Shown here: piece by piece, positions 48,891 through 61,302 of the stretch
Layout: each line of letters opens with the position of its first letter
Position numbering within the stretch: the stretch's first letter is position 1
Assembly: GCA_038087875.1 (NCBI GenBank)
Contig: CM075980.1
Span: 15,128,001 to 15,192,000 of the forward strand
Source: Malacoraja senta
Taxonomy: Eukaryota
Reading direction: 5' to 3'
DNA length: 64,000 bases
Translations under genes and position numbers: made by a program
Notes under the pieces: model-generated
Seen by the model: only the letters and a program-made list of their open reading frames with translations
The model's database searches: none
What the model was told of the DNA's origin: nothing

Positions 48891-49106
48891 CCAGCCCTTA
48901 GCCCTTTTCCACCCTTTCCTAATCGGAAGGTACTTGGTGAGGATGGATCAGTAACAATTCCTAGTTTGGCTCTCTGTCACAGGGAACACAGAGCCATTGC
49001 TTCGTGACTCCACCCCGGATCAATGTTAACTTCATTGAACTAATGCTCTGCACTTGTAGGTGTTTTAGGGTCTGAAAAATGAGAGTCTGTTAGTGTGTAA
49101 TGACAG

Positions 49107-49131
49107 CTAACTAACTAACTAACTAACTAAC
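49107..49131 (+). repeat. (CTAA)6 microsatellite forming tandem branch-point consensus sites before TFIP11 coding exon 5
   Basis: CTAACTAACTAACTAACTAACTAAC ends 13 nt before the AAG|G acceptor. Confidence 0.85.
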
Positions 49132-49144
49132 CGTTTGTGTGAAG

Positions 49145-49303
49145 GAGTTCCTGAAAGAGATGAGCCAGTGGCGAAAGGATCCCACAGGTGGAAAGAAAAA
49201 ACCGAAGTACAACTACAAAACGGTGGAGGAGCTGAAGGCAAAGGGAACAACAAGCCTAGGCAGGAAAATGGCTGCACCGCAGACTGAACTCTCACAAGTC
49301 AAG
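49145..49303 (+). CDS. TFIP11: TFIP11 coding exon 5 ([13 protein letters not shown]...[13 protein letters not shown]...ELSQVK)
   Basis: Matches TFIP11; 159 nt, phase 0-0; AAG acceptor. Confidence 0.94.
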
Positions 49304-51145
49304 GTGTGTAGGGAAAGCCTTCCCTTCAAATGTAATAAGTTACAACTTTTAGCAGGCAATTATGAATTACTTCATACCTGTCCTTTAAAGCAGCTCTCAG
49401 ACATTTATCCAAGTAGGTCAATAATTGACAGGCAGAGTAAAACCGTTATCATAAATAGAATTTATGAAACTATTGATAGTTACATTAATAATGTTGGTCT
49501 GCAAAATGCTGATGTTGGCTGATTAATTAATCAGAATCTGCCGAGCTTTACCATGAGTGATTGTCAACTTCAGGTGTAAGTAGAAATTCATTTTTATTTC
49601 TGGTTGTTTCTATATTACAACTCATACCCTGTTCGACATTTTATGTATCATGCTCTGACACTATTTGTTCTTTGCCTTTTGTTACTTCTAGAAGTGTGAA
49701 TGACTGATGATAGACAGTCTATAGTTCAGCTTTCTCATTAGTGACACAACTCTGAGAGTATAACCACGTGCCAGAAAGGAGATGTTTGCAGAATGAAGTC
49801 GCAGCTGACTTGTGCTGCAGTGCTGTGATATGTTGACAGCAGATGGCACAGCACTGCAAATGCATTGCTGTCCATTCTCAACTATAGGGATAACTCGCAT
49901 TCATTAGTGAAGTGCAACTGGGTATGCTGAACAAACATTTCTGAATGCCGTGGATGAGAATATAGTGATGTTGTGCTTGATCATCCTGGTGTGTCTTTTT
50001 CATGTTGGACAAAGCACCAGTTACAAAGGGTGGTTTCCCAATGCAGAACAGTTTGACAGCATTACACTGTGATCTGTTGTGCGCATTAGGCATCTGGCAA
50101 GAAGGATTCGGCTTATCCGTTTTCACCTTTGTGGATGTATTTGTGTAGGTGCATTGACAAGAGTGTCTTACTGGCATTGCTTTGTTGGTTGAATTTCTTC
50201 TCTAAACATTAGGAGTTCCACTCGAGCCAGTAATAAAAGTTGAAGAAAAGCTCAAAGCTTCCCCAGAGCCTTTTTACCAGCTGCAAATAAAAGTTTTTAA
50301 AAAATGGAATTAATCTTATTTATGACCCTCAAATGTATTGCATACACTGCCCAGCACCCAGCCAAGCCACTTCATGTAAAAGATGGAAAATAATACCGTT
50401 GCTGTTATTGCAACACTCTGCATCATTGTTGGTACGCTACCACCTGTTGCAAAGAGTGTTTCCTGAATTTTTCCATTTGTCAGCTTAAAATAATGCGATG
50501 CAGAAAGGTGGTGGTATTTCCAATTTCCTATACTACTAGTGTGCTAGTGCACAAGGGCAGGGCTGGGCTGGGAGGTGGGGGTTAACAGCAGGGTAATCTA
50601 CCCACATATGCTAAATCACAAACTGTGCTCCAGGGTCTAGACTACCTATAGGATATGTCAAAGCTCATAAATCAACTTACTTTAATGATTCTTTCCAATG
50701 CTTTCCATGTGCCTGTGATATGAATGCTTTCAGAATTCTATTCTTCCAGTAACTGAACTGAACAAGAAGTTGAAGTTGTGCATTGCCCATACGTGCAGCG
50801 TTTAACTACTATGATAAATGTTGACCGTTTCCAAGGTGGCCATAATTACTCAAATGTGCCCAAAACTTGCAGGTGGCAGGAGCTAAACCGGAATTTGAAT
50901 AAATCAGCTGTTACTGTGTTGTTAACTACTGAGACCGTTATCAACTGATCTGTCCTAAAATTACAGCTTGCAGATGGCATGATTTAATAATAGTGGGCAA
51001 CTTCTAACAGCTAGTTACAGAACTCGTTACCTGCGGGAGTACACCAGAGAGTATCTACCTTGGCCGATTAAACTAGCTATCAGTTGGGTAATGTTTCCAT
51101 TGAAATTGCGTGCTATAACACTGACATGTTTCATCTGTCGTGTAG

Positions 51146-51649
51146 GTTATAGACATGACGGGAAAGGAACAGAAAGTGTATTACAGTTACAGCCAGATAA
51201 CCCAGAAGCACGACATTCCTGACGATATGCAGTCACTGAGCAAAGATGCCAAGTCAGAGGGGTTCTCCCTTCCAGAGCTGGAGCACAACCTGGAGCTGCT
51301 GATCGAGATGACGGAGCAGGAAATCATCCAGAATGATCGCCAGCTGCAGTATGAGAAGGACATGGTAATCAACATCTCCCACGAGAACGAGAAGCTCTCT
51401 GAGATCCTAGAGCACGAGGGGAAGATCATAGACAAGCTCAGCAATATCCTGCAGATCGTGGAGGATTGCGAGAAGAGACTGCAGCCCAACTGCGAAAACC
51501 CATTGACATTGGAAGAATGTGCAGACATTTTTGAAATGTTGCAGGAGAAATATTTTGAAGAGTATAAGATTTTTGACCTGGCGGAACTTTCCATTGCCGT
51601 TGTATTTCCACTGCTGAGAGAATACTTTAAGGCCTGGAATCCTTTGCAG
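51146..51649 (+). CDS. TFIP11: TFIP11 coding exon 6 ([18 protein letters not shown]...LPELEHNL...WNPLQ)
   Basis: VIDMTG and PEL.HNL motifs. Confidence 0.96.
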
Positions 51650-52080
51650 GTACAGACTAACAGCATAGAATTGAATGACCTTGGTGCATTTAATGGTGGT
51701 GGGTCATGCAAACTGGGACAGAGTGCAGGTTTGATGTCCCCTGTGCCTCTAGGCTTCTCAATTCTGATAGCTGACTCCTGTTGGATGGTAACTGGCAAAT
51801 TCCATCAACACTGATTTTCTTGAAGACTTGCTAAAGTAATGCATTAAAAGTTAATGACAATAACTGGGGTCAGGTGCGGTTCCAGCAGAGAAGTGTTGGG
51901 TTATGTAGTATACCGGGCAAACACAGTCCCAAACTGTTTGTCACTGAGCCCAGACTTTGCATGTCCATTTTTTTAATACAGTAACTGTGGACTAACGATG
52001 GAAGAGTCAGTTCATCCCTAACCAATTTGGCATAAAATGGGCATAAAAAAATGAGGTAACAGTTTTGTCCCTTCATTTAG

Positions 52081-52187
52081 GATAACGAGTATGGTTTGGA
52101 GGTCATGTCTAAGTGGCGGAAACTTCTGGAACGAGACCAACTGCAACATGGAGGTTGTGACATGTTGTCTATGGACCCCTACCACAG
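52081..52187 (+). CDS. TFIP11: TFIP11 coding exon 7 (DNEYGLEVMSKWRKLLE...MDPYH)
   Basis: Read manually; frame fits both neighbours; GCFC domain. Confidence 0.92.
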
Positions 52188-53574
52188 GTAAAAATAAAAT
52201 AATTGGTAGAAACTTCTGTATTTTGGAACACATTTGCATCCCGACTCTCAAGCAGACATCGCGCATACCTCATTTCAGCTTGTTTCATCAGTATGAAGAG
52301 ATGTCCCGACTTGAAACATCACCTGTCCATTTCCTCCACATATGCTGCCTGACCGGCTGAGTTCCCCCAGCACTTTGTGTTTTTCTCAAGATTCCCACAT
52401 CAGCAGTCTCTCGTATCTCCTCATTTCAACTATTTTCAGGCTTTAATTCATTGAGGTCCGAGTTCCAAGGAGCACTGTTCCTCAAATATATGTAGATCAG
52501 AGCATCCTGTGTTTGGTTCACTACGCTGTGCTGAATACAGCTGAGCAGAAGGAAAATCAAAGCTTTGGTGTTTTTCTTCCTAGGACATTGCAAAAGCTGA
52601 GCAACGGACATTTCTCTCAACACTTTTAACATATGTTCACATCAAAGTGGAGCTTCCATCAGCAGGCCCAGTCTTATAAACAGAATCTGTGCCATTTGCT
52701 GTGGAGTAGAGTTACAGAATTACCATATTCCCATCTCGGAAAGGTGGTGAATAGCTTGCATCTGACTTTAAAATAAATTTTAAATCCAATTGATTGATTG
52801 GCGAGATACTTTAAAATGAGAGAGGCAGATCAAGATGCTCATAGTTTAACTTACAATGACTTACATATGTTATGTTTATAAATGAGACAACCTGAAATTC
52901 TTGTAGATCTTATTGGCTGCATTCCTGATTAATGAAACATAACACCGTGAAACTCCTCTTACTGCTTGTGGCATTGACAGTGCAAAGGAGAAAGTTTAAA
53001 AATACCAGAAGACCAGCATTTCGACTTGGTGACTAGGAAATCAACTGAGGAATACAGAGTGAACCCCTGCTTCCACAGTCACATCTTATTCTGTCAATTA
53101 TTTTTTACTATATGTAGCCCAGATCTTCTTGGATCAAAACTTCCTTGATGCTGGAAGTGTTTAAAATGTAATGAGTTAGTCTGTAAGTTCATGGGCAGGC
53201 CAGCAATTTTAAGTGCACATTCCAATGATAACTGATGCTTTGATTGTCATACCATTTGTCTCTGGAACCAAATCTCTGGAGTTGATCAAAGAGCAACTCG
53301 CATTGTATGGACAGCTGTGCTTCCAGCTTTGTTTTAAAACATGATCACTTGAGCTTTGCTTCCACCATACACTGACTTGTTTTAACATTGTTTTCCTATT
53401 TCCCATATTTGACACAGAGTATGAGTGAACAAAAGAAAGAGCCGGGAAGGAACGAGCTGAAAATATGTTAATATTGGGAACCTGATAATGAATAGTTCCA
53501 GTTTGTTGGAAAATGAGGGACTAAATGAACTTTTCTTACTTCTTACTGGCCTTTCTACCTCCTCAAATGCACAG

Positions 53575-53743
53575 GTTAATGTGGGAGGTGTGGATGCCGT
53601 CCGCACGTAACATTGTGTCCCAGTGGCTGCCCAGGAATTGTGATCCCATGGTTGATTTCTTGGAGAACTGGATGCCTGTGGTCCCTCTTTGGATATTGGA
53701 CAATATTCTTGAACAATTGGTTTTTCCTAAACTACAGCGTGAG
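53575..53743 (+). CDS. TFIP11: TFIP11 coding exon 8 ([29 protein letters not shown]...FPKLQRE)
   Basis: GCFC domain match. Confidence 0.95.
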
Positions 53744-54356
53744 GTTAGAACCTTTTCCTGTTATTATAGGTCTGGTAGTTTTCAATCTGCTAAATTCTGC
53801 TTCATTGATAATGTTTAATTATTAGAAAACACTTGTACAATTTAGAACTTTTTCATTGAGTTTATCAACATATAGATTAATAACTACATGAAGAGATATA
53901 AACTAAAAAATGAGATACAAAGACACACCATTCGGTGTAACAAAGACCATGTTGCTAATCAGGTGAATGTAAAGAAAATGAGCAGGCAAAGAAAATACTG
54001 ATACATCAAAACTGAGGGAATGGAAATTAAATGGGAATAATAGAAAGGGTTTGTGCCGGAGGGAATAAAAGAGACATGGGATTGGAAGATTCAAAACAAA
54101 ACAGTTCTGCAAAAAAGGAAAAGTTCAAAAATGGGGGTCCTGATTCACAGATCAAAGGATGCAGCCTTGTTTACAGGGATTGATCAGCACCATGGTATGA
54201 GATGGAACTAATATGAACAGAGGAGGGACAGAGCTTTATGAAATCAGTTGTGCTGCACGCTATTTGATAAACAACAGTTGAGAAATGAGAAACACAAGAA
54301 CATAATTAACCACAGCCTATTGCGCTCATCTACACAATCTTTGGCATTCTTTTTAG

Positions 54357-54600
54357 GTTGAAAACTGGAATCCCTTGACGGACACGGTCCCGATCCATGC
54401 CTGGATCCACCCCTGGCTGCCTCTAATGCAGATGCGCCTTGAGCCACTATATTCCCCCATCCGCAATAAGCTTTCCAATGCATTGCAGAAGTGGCATCCC
54501 AGCGACTCGTCTGCAAAACTGATCCTGTTGCCCTGGAAAGATGTGTTTACACCAGGATCCTGGGAAGCCTTCATGGTTAAAAATATTGTTCCAAAATTAG
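54357..54600 (+). CDS. TFIP11: TFIP11 coding exon 9 ([22 protein letters not shown]...KNIVPKL)
   Basis: [18 protein letters not shown] motif. Confidence 0.97.
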
Positions 54601-55504
54601 GTGAGAAATAGCTGAATATAATTTATATTAGAGCAGGAAAAAATCTATTTTGTTTTCATCCCTTTTCTAAAGGAGTTAGTTCAAGGTGCTGTACCAATCT
54701 TTTCAGTACTTCAGTCAGATTCATTGGCATTGACGTGAGAACCACGAGTGAGGTTTCAGCAGCTCATTCGATATCACAATTAAGATATTTTCTGTTCTGA
54801 CCCCTCATTAGAAATGCAGCATTCCTATTCATTTTTGAATTTTTTGAACTTTTCAGCCTGCTTTTAAAGGAGGAATTGTCGACCCCTCCTCATGTTTGAT
54901 GATGTAATCAACTAAAACATGATTCTTGTTCTCAGTAAGACCTGTCTACACATGATCCCAGGATTTATCAATCTTGCCTTCTAGGCTTGAACTTAAGATC
55001 TTCATGCCTTCATATCTCTTCATGACCTTACCCATCCATGCTACCTTCATCTCCATCAGCCCTACATCTTGTAAATTCTACTCTCACATTTTGGCTTCTT
55101 GTGTATCGCTGCTATTGTTCTGCCTTTAATGATTATTTATGTCTTACGTTGCTCGGAGCTAAACTCCACCATTCCACCCTCTGACTTTCTACCACTCTCA
55201 TGCACTTTCATTTAAAGTGGTCTTTAAAATCTACCTTTATAATTCACCTTTTGGCCACCTATTCTTTTGTTTGTTTATGTGGTTCAGAGTACGATTTTAT
55301 CCGATAGTCACTCCCACAACATTTTTTGGTCATTTTATTGTTACTGTTTTCTTATCTATTTCTATTTCTCTTTTAATGTGCTTCTTGATCGAGCAGTGCA
55401 GAATATAACAAACTGCTGCATGAAGAAAGGGTATCCTCCTCTCCCTGCTGATCTCTTACTAATTATCTATCACCATTCTCTGGTTACTGATGCTTGAGTT
55501 GTTT

Positions 55505-55800
55505 CATAGAATGTAGAAAAAAATGCACAGGAACGGGCCCTTCAGTCTCCAATGTCTGTGCCGAATATGATGCCAAGATAAACTAATCTCCTCAGCCTGA
55601 ACATGATCCATATCCCCCATTCCCTGCATATCCATGTGTCTATCTAAAAGTCTCTTAGACACCATTACTGTATCTGCCTTCATTGCTACTTCTGGCACCA
55701 TGTTCCGGGTACCCACTTGTGTAAAGAAAACTTCCCATGCATCTCCTTTAAACCTTGCCCCTCTTACCAAAAGCTATGCCCTCTAGTCTTTGACATTTTC
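55505..55800 (-). mobile_element. CR1-type LINE 3' fragment
   Basis: VRGARFKGD...FFTQ...KRLLDRHMD. Confidence 0.75.
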
Positions 55801-55849
55801 ATGGGGCTGTTGTTAAACATGTAAGAAACAACAAACTCCTATCTACACA

Positions 55850-56038
55850 GTAGTTCTCCCTGTGACACGTGGGATTTTTCTGGGTGCTCCGGTTTCCTCC
55901 CACATCCTAAAGACATATGGTGTAGGATACAAAACTGGGATGACATAGAACTAATGTACAGTTGATCGTTGATCGGCGCTGACCCGGTGGGCCAAAGGGG
56001 CTTGTTTCCATGCTGTATCTCTAAACAAAATTAAACAA
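55850..56038 (+). mobile_element. Partial HE1-like SINE
   Basis: GGTTTCCTCCCACATCC core and GCTGTATCTCTAAAC tail. Confidence 0.65.
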
Positions 56039-56172
56039 ATAATCTCCAAAGAAATGATTGAATTAAAAGAAAACAAAATTAATGTGGTTTTGAAAAGAGT
56101 GAGACTTTGATTGCTGCTCGATCGTTAAAGAGAGAATGCCTCATGAATGTCCGTTTCTGACCCCTTACACAG

Positions 56173-56315
56173 GAATGTGTGTGTCTGAGTTTGTAATCAA
56201 TCCCCACCAGCAGCACATGGACGCTTTCCACTGGGTGATGGACTGGGAGGACATGATCTCACCATCTAGCCTCATCGGATTGCTTGAGAAAAATTTCTTT
56301 GGAAAGTGGTTGCAG
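56173..56315 (+). CDS. TFIP11: TFIP11 coding exon 10 ([25 protein letters not shown]...KWLQ)
   Basis: [11 protein letters not shown] motif. Confidence 0.96.
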
Positions 56316-56616
56316 GTACTGACGAACGAAATGATCTAGCTGACAATTAAACATTCTTGATTCTCTTGAAGACTCGTAATGATCAAATTAATATCTGTAA
56401 AATTCTTGCTTATATTTTATCTTTATGATTACTACTGTTGGCAACAATATTGTATTTTGTTGTCGAATGTTGGGAATAGGTAGAGTTTGATCCTTTGCAA
56501 TTAGGTGAAGCAACAAATGTATTTTACAATAAATATGTTTTAACTGAAAATGTTACTTTTTTTTGCAACTTGTAACATGCCTTCCTTATTCTGTGGTGAA
56601 TTTCCTCGATTTACAG

Positions 56617-56782
56617 GTGCTGTGTTCGTGGCTCAGTAACAGCCCAAATTATGAAGAGATCACAAAATGGTACCTGGGCTGGAAGTCCATGTTCTCGGAC
56701 CAGGTTCTGGCCCACCCGACCGTCAAAGAGAAGTTTAATGAAGCCCTGGACATCATGAACCGTGCTGTCACCTCCACAGTTG
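56617..56782 (+). CDS. TFIP11: TFIP11 coding exon 11 ([26 protein letters not shown]...[10 protein letters not shown])
   Basis: [14 protein letters not shown] motif. Confidence 0.97.
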
Positions 56783-58059
56783 GTAAGAGATTCTTCATTT
56801 TATCTTATCTGGGACTCTTCCAAAAGGTGGGAGATGTATCAGGGCTCTCGCTTAACTTTTTTTCCCTGTTGCCAGCCGGGCAACCTTGGTAGCTTTTTAG
56901 GTTGCCAACTGACAGTTTAGGCGGTCATTTAAGATGGCTTGCATGATGTGTGCGATAATGTGCTCGGACGAAGTGCGTAGTTACCAGTCGGAATTATACT
57001 CAATGAAGCATTCACATATTATTTCTGCTTCAAATAAAGTCACAAACTAAACATATTCACCAATCAAGACATGATATATCCCACAATGACATGCAGCAAA
57101 ATTATAAGACAGTATCTCAACTCTTTTTACACATTGCAATTGATGCAATTTCTATTAGTTCTTTCCACTTCCAAACAACAATGTGGTTGGATTATTCAGC
57201 ATATGATCAACCTGTGTCAATAAATCCTGGACCATGGTAACATATATGCTTAACCATGCACACTACAGATTGATTGATGCAAGCATGTTTTCTTTGAAGG
57301 ACCGAAAATTACCATAACATGGCCATAGCATGGGTCGTTATTGCTATTGGTACAGAAACACTCTCGCTTCCCACATAATTTATCCACAACAAAATATACA
57401 GGTTGCAAGGACATTTCTACAGGCATTTTATGATAATAGCTGTTAAAACCAACTATACCCATCTGACAGGTTAAACATTACACTAGCTGACAAGAGATGG
57501 CCAAAGGACATAACTGCAGCAAATGTTCTTTTGGTAATATGTTTAAAGGTGTCAAGACGCCACATTACCGGACATTCAGATTAAATGTACGTGTTGTGAA
57601 CAGCAATGAAGATACCCAGTTTGTAAGCATCAGATTTAAAAAAAATTATTGATAAACGCTGTTTTCATCATTCCCACTTCAGAATTATCATTAAAATTTC
57701 AACTGAAATATCTCCTGACCAAATTTGTGATGTATATGATTGACTGTAGAAGTAAAACCTGGATAAATCCTACGTATAGTTGTGGATGTTGCTCATTAAA
57801 TAACTACAGTACTGATACTCCATATTAAGAGCATTGATTTACTGTTAAAATGAATTCTGTAATAACGTGTCAACGGCAGTAGTGACAATCGAACACTGCG
57901 GTTTTAATGTTTCACGTGTTCACAATTTAATTAATCGATCTTTATGGATTAAAACAAATAATAACATTGGGAATTAAAACACATTTGATTGCATTCCGTT
58001 ATCAAACATAGTCAATGTTCGCTCTGAAGACATTTCCAGCACAATAGGGTCAGGCAGGG

Positions 58060-58900
58060 GGGTGTATGTGAATCAGTGCGGGGTGGATAGATGGCGGGTG
58101 TGGGGGGGGGGGGGGGGGTTAGAAGGCAGTCGGTGCAGAATGGATGGATTGAGGCAGGTGAATTAGTACATGTTGGTTGGAGTAGGTAAAATTGTGAGGG
58201 GAGAGCACGGGGGATGTCAGTGGTGTTGAATGGGGCGGTTCAGTACAGGATGGATGGGGATAGACAAAAGTGCTGGAGAAACTCAGCGGGTGAGGCAGCA
58301 TCTATGGAGCGAATGAAATAGGCAAAATTTCGGGTCGAGACCCTTCTTCAGACTGTTCCCCCCCCCCATTCTTGAATGGGAGGATCAGTACAGGATGGAT
58401 TGGGGGGGAGATCAGCGCAGGATGAATGGGGGGGGGGGGTCAGTACAGTGTGGATCGGAGGGTCTGTGCAGGATGAATGGGGGATCACTACAGGATGAAT
58501 GAGGGGAAGGGGGAAGGTGCAGGGTAAATGGAGGTGGGTTAGTACGGGATGAATGCTGGATTAGTACAGGATGGATGGGGGATCAGTACAGGATGGATGG
58601 AGGAGAAGTGCAGGATGGATGGGAAAGAGGTAAGTACAGGGTGAATTGGGGAACCAGTGGAGGATGGATGGGGGGGTGGCAGGAGAATCAATGAGAGGTG
58701 GATAGGGTGATCAGCGCAGGATGAATAGATGGGGGGGGGGGGTTGATGGGGAGGGGAGCACAGGGGATGTCAGTGAGGACTGAATAGAGGGCGGAATGGG
58801 GATCAGTGCGGGATGGAGTGGAGGGGTCCCAGGATAAGGGGGGGGGGTGGAGGGGGCGTACAAGAGAGGGAGAGAGGGAGAGAGAGAGAGAGGGAGCGAG
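58060..58900. repeat. Degenerate purine-rich tandem repeat (GATCAGTACAGGATGGATGGGG-like) with G runs
   Basis: Direct reading; lies inside the hAT-like element. Confidence 0.75.
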
Positions 58901-59039
58901 GTGGGGAGGAAGGAAGGTCAGCGCTCCTCGGACAACATCGCCTCGGTTGACAACAGCTGCCTTGGCCGTTGGGATTTCCTCGCCACCGCCTCCCTCCTCC
59001 GCCAGCCAACAGCAAGGTGCAGGGCCGAGCGGTGCAGCT

Positions 59040-59067
59040 CAGAGATCCTCTAGCTATAGGATCTTCG
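59040..59067. mobile_element. Second 28-bp near-palindrome with an 8-bp TSD (GTGCAGCT)
   Basis: CAGAGATCCTCTAGCTATAGGATCTTCG; direct repeats at 59032-59039 and 59068-59075. Confidence 0.7.
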
Positions 59068-59081
59068 GTGCAGCTGCTTCA

Positions 59082-59341
59082 GAAGGGTCGGAGCGAATGA
59101 CGGGCCCCGAATAGCGGCAGCAGCGGCCGCGAGAGCGGCTCCATCTCCTCACCCTCCCTGATAGCTGCCGCTGCTTCTTTCAAAACAAACCCTCCCGCAC
59201 GCCGAGGCCTCCCCATCCCTCCCTCCCTCGTCCCGGCCTCGGCGTGCGGGAGGGTTTGTTTTGAAACAAGCAGTGGCCGCTATCAGGGAGGAGGAGGAGA
59301 TGGAGCCGCTGTTCGGGTCCCGTCATTCGCTCCGACCCTTC
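59082..59341. repeat. Long inverted repeat (hairpin), arms of ~110-130 bp, 25-nt loop
   Basis: Perfect 32-bp core stem 59178-59209 / 59235-59266. Confidence 0.9.
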
Positions 59342-60589
59342 CTCACCCCGCACCTAGTATCTTTGCCCCGCAACACAGCCGTCGCCGACACGAAACGTCG
59401 CGTTCCTTTTCTCCAGAGATGCTGCCTGACCCGCGGAGTTACTCCAGTTTTTTGTGCCTATCTTCGGTACAAACCAGTATCTGGTTGCCAAGCCGGTCAA
59501 AATGACTCGGCGTTTTGGTTGCCCGGCGGCGCTTTGAGTGGTCAGGGGCACCCGGGCAACCGCTAATTTCGAGCCCTGTGTATGTATATGGAAAGGGAAG
59601 GAGAAGGAATGAAATTTAGAGAGGAATCTGAAAGGCAAATGCAGCAAAGAGTTGAAAGGAAAATAAGTTTTTTTTTAAGCAGAAATTGTGAATGTTTTGG
59701 AATCCTTTGAATGCAAAATATCTAAAGTCTGAACCTCGGGACCTCCCAATAAGTTTGAGTTAATGAAGTCATTAAAAAGTGTGGTTAATACTAGAAGCAC
59801 TTGCCAAGGTTTGTGCAAATGGGAAAATAGATCCCTTATTTGCTTTGAACAGCATTAATGCAGGCTTCAAAGGGCGTTGAGTAATTGAAAATTGGTTCAC
59901 ACTTGCCGGGCTTGGACTCTGATTATGCGGAGGGGAGGTTTCATTTTAATTGGGAGCTTCTTACAAAACTGGTCCAACCATATCCTGTCGCCAAAGATCG
60001 AGTGCTCCCAAACCCATTACCCTTTCAACACCACTTTACGTTAATCCTGTGCAAAGCCCTGCTCTCCTCCTGCTGTACTGGACACCTGCCACAAACCCCT
60101 GCTTTGCCCCGCCTGCTGCTGCAGCTGCTCCCTGAGAACCAGCCAGCTCCAAGCACGGGCATCGCTGGAAATTGGCAACATGCACTCATCCCCTGAGCAC
60201 CCGATCTCATGGTCTCTCTGATAACCTACCAGATATGATGGAGCCAGCTGTCCCTACCTTTCTTTGGGTGCACAGTCCTCCCAGCCCAGAGATCATGATA
60301 ACAGCTCTGGCCAAGGACCACAGTTGTGAACAACAGTTTAATAAGATTACCAATGAATTATTATATATTTAAATATATTATTATGAAATAAGATGATCAA
60401 ATCTTGGTTACCAGTTGCTACCACCTATTCCCCATTGACTTGGTGCCTCAAGTTGTAGGGTATCAACTGTACAGTGTTTTTCAGCTATCACCTCCTAACT
60501 CGGCGTTTGACTGTAAAGTGCACTTAATCCAAATGCCATTTATTGCCTGTAGAATGCAGACTTTCCTTCATTGTTTTGCCTTTAAACAG

Positions 60590-60945
60590 GTGGCTACATG
60601 CAGCCAGGAGCTCGAGAAAACATTGCCTACCTGACCCACACGGAACGCCGGAGGGACTTCCAGTACGAGGCCATGCAGGAGCGGCGTGAGGCTGAGAACA
60701 TGGCTCACCGCGGCATCGGAGTCACATCAACCTCCATCCCCATGAACTTCAAGGACCTGATCCAGGCCAAGGCTGAAGAGCACAACATTGTCTTCATGCC
60801 TTTGATGGGCAAACGTCATGAGGGGAAACAGCTCTACACCTTTGGGCGGATCATCATCTACATTGACAGAGGGGTTGTGTTTGTACAGGGAGAGAAGACT
60901 TGGGTGCCAACGTCACTTCAGAGCCTCATTGATATGGCTAAGTAA
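60590..60945 (+). CDS. TFIP11: TFIP11 last coding exon ([14 protein letters not shown]...[14 protein letters not shown])
   Basis: C-terminus matches TFIP11; summed CDS 2493 nt = 830 aa. Confidence 0.97.
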
Positions 60946-61296
60946 TATAAATAGGAGACGTTCTGTACTTTTATTGCAGTGACTGCAGTTGTGCAAGATT
61001 TTCACCCGTCTATTTGGGCTGTGATATGACGGGGGACTCTCACAGTGCAGACAGATCTTCACTGCACTCTTTCCTTTGGCTCCAGGTCCCCAAGTGAAAT
61101 CAATACTGACTCCAGCATTTGGTTCTTATTCAGTCCCCCTATGTTACTTGTAGTATTTTGTTAAACAAGAAATGCTATGTTCATTTTAATATGTCGTTTT
61201 TTTATGAACAATTTGTCCCGGATTCTAAAGCCAGAATGGTATTGATTTGATGTTTTGGTCTCGGTTCCGCTGTCCGATGCTGAACTGACAAACATC

Positions 61297-61302
61297 AATA
61301 AA
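61297..61302 (+). terminator. Candidate TFIP11 polyadenylation signal AATAAA
   Basis: AATAAA about 350 nt after the stop codon. Confidence 0.55.

Larger units (their letters stand above)
56840..59578. mobile_element. Non-autonomous hAT-like DNA transposon (CAGGGCTC termini, 5-bp TSD TGTAT)
   Basis: Terminal inverted repeats at 56840-56847 and 59571-59578; subterminal GGTTGCC/GGCAACC motifs at both ends; no transposase ORF. Confidence 0.7.
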
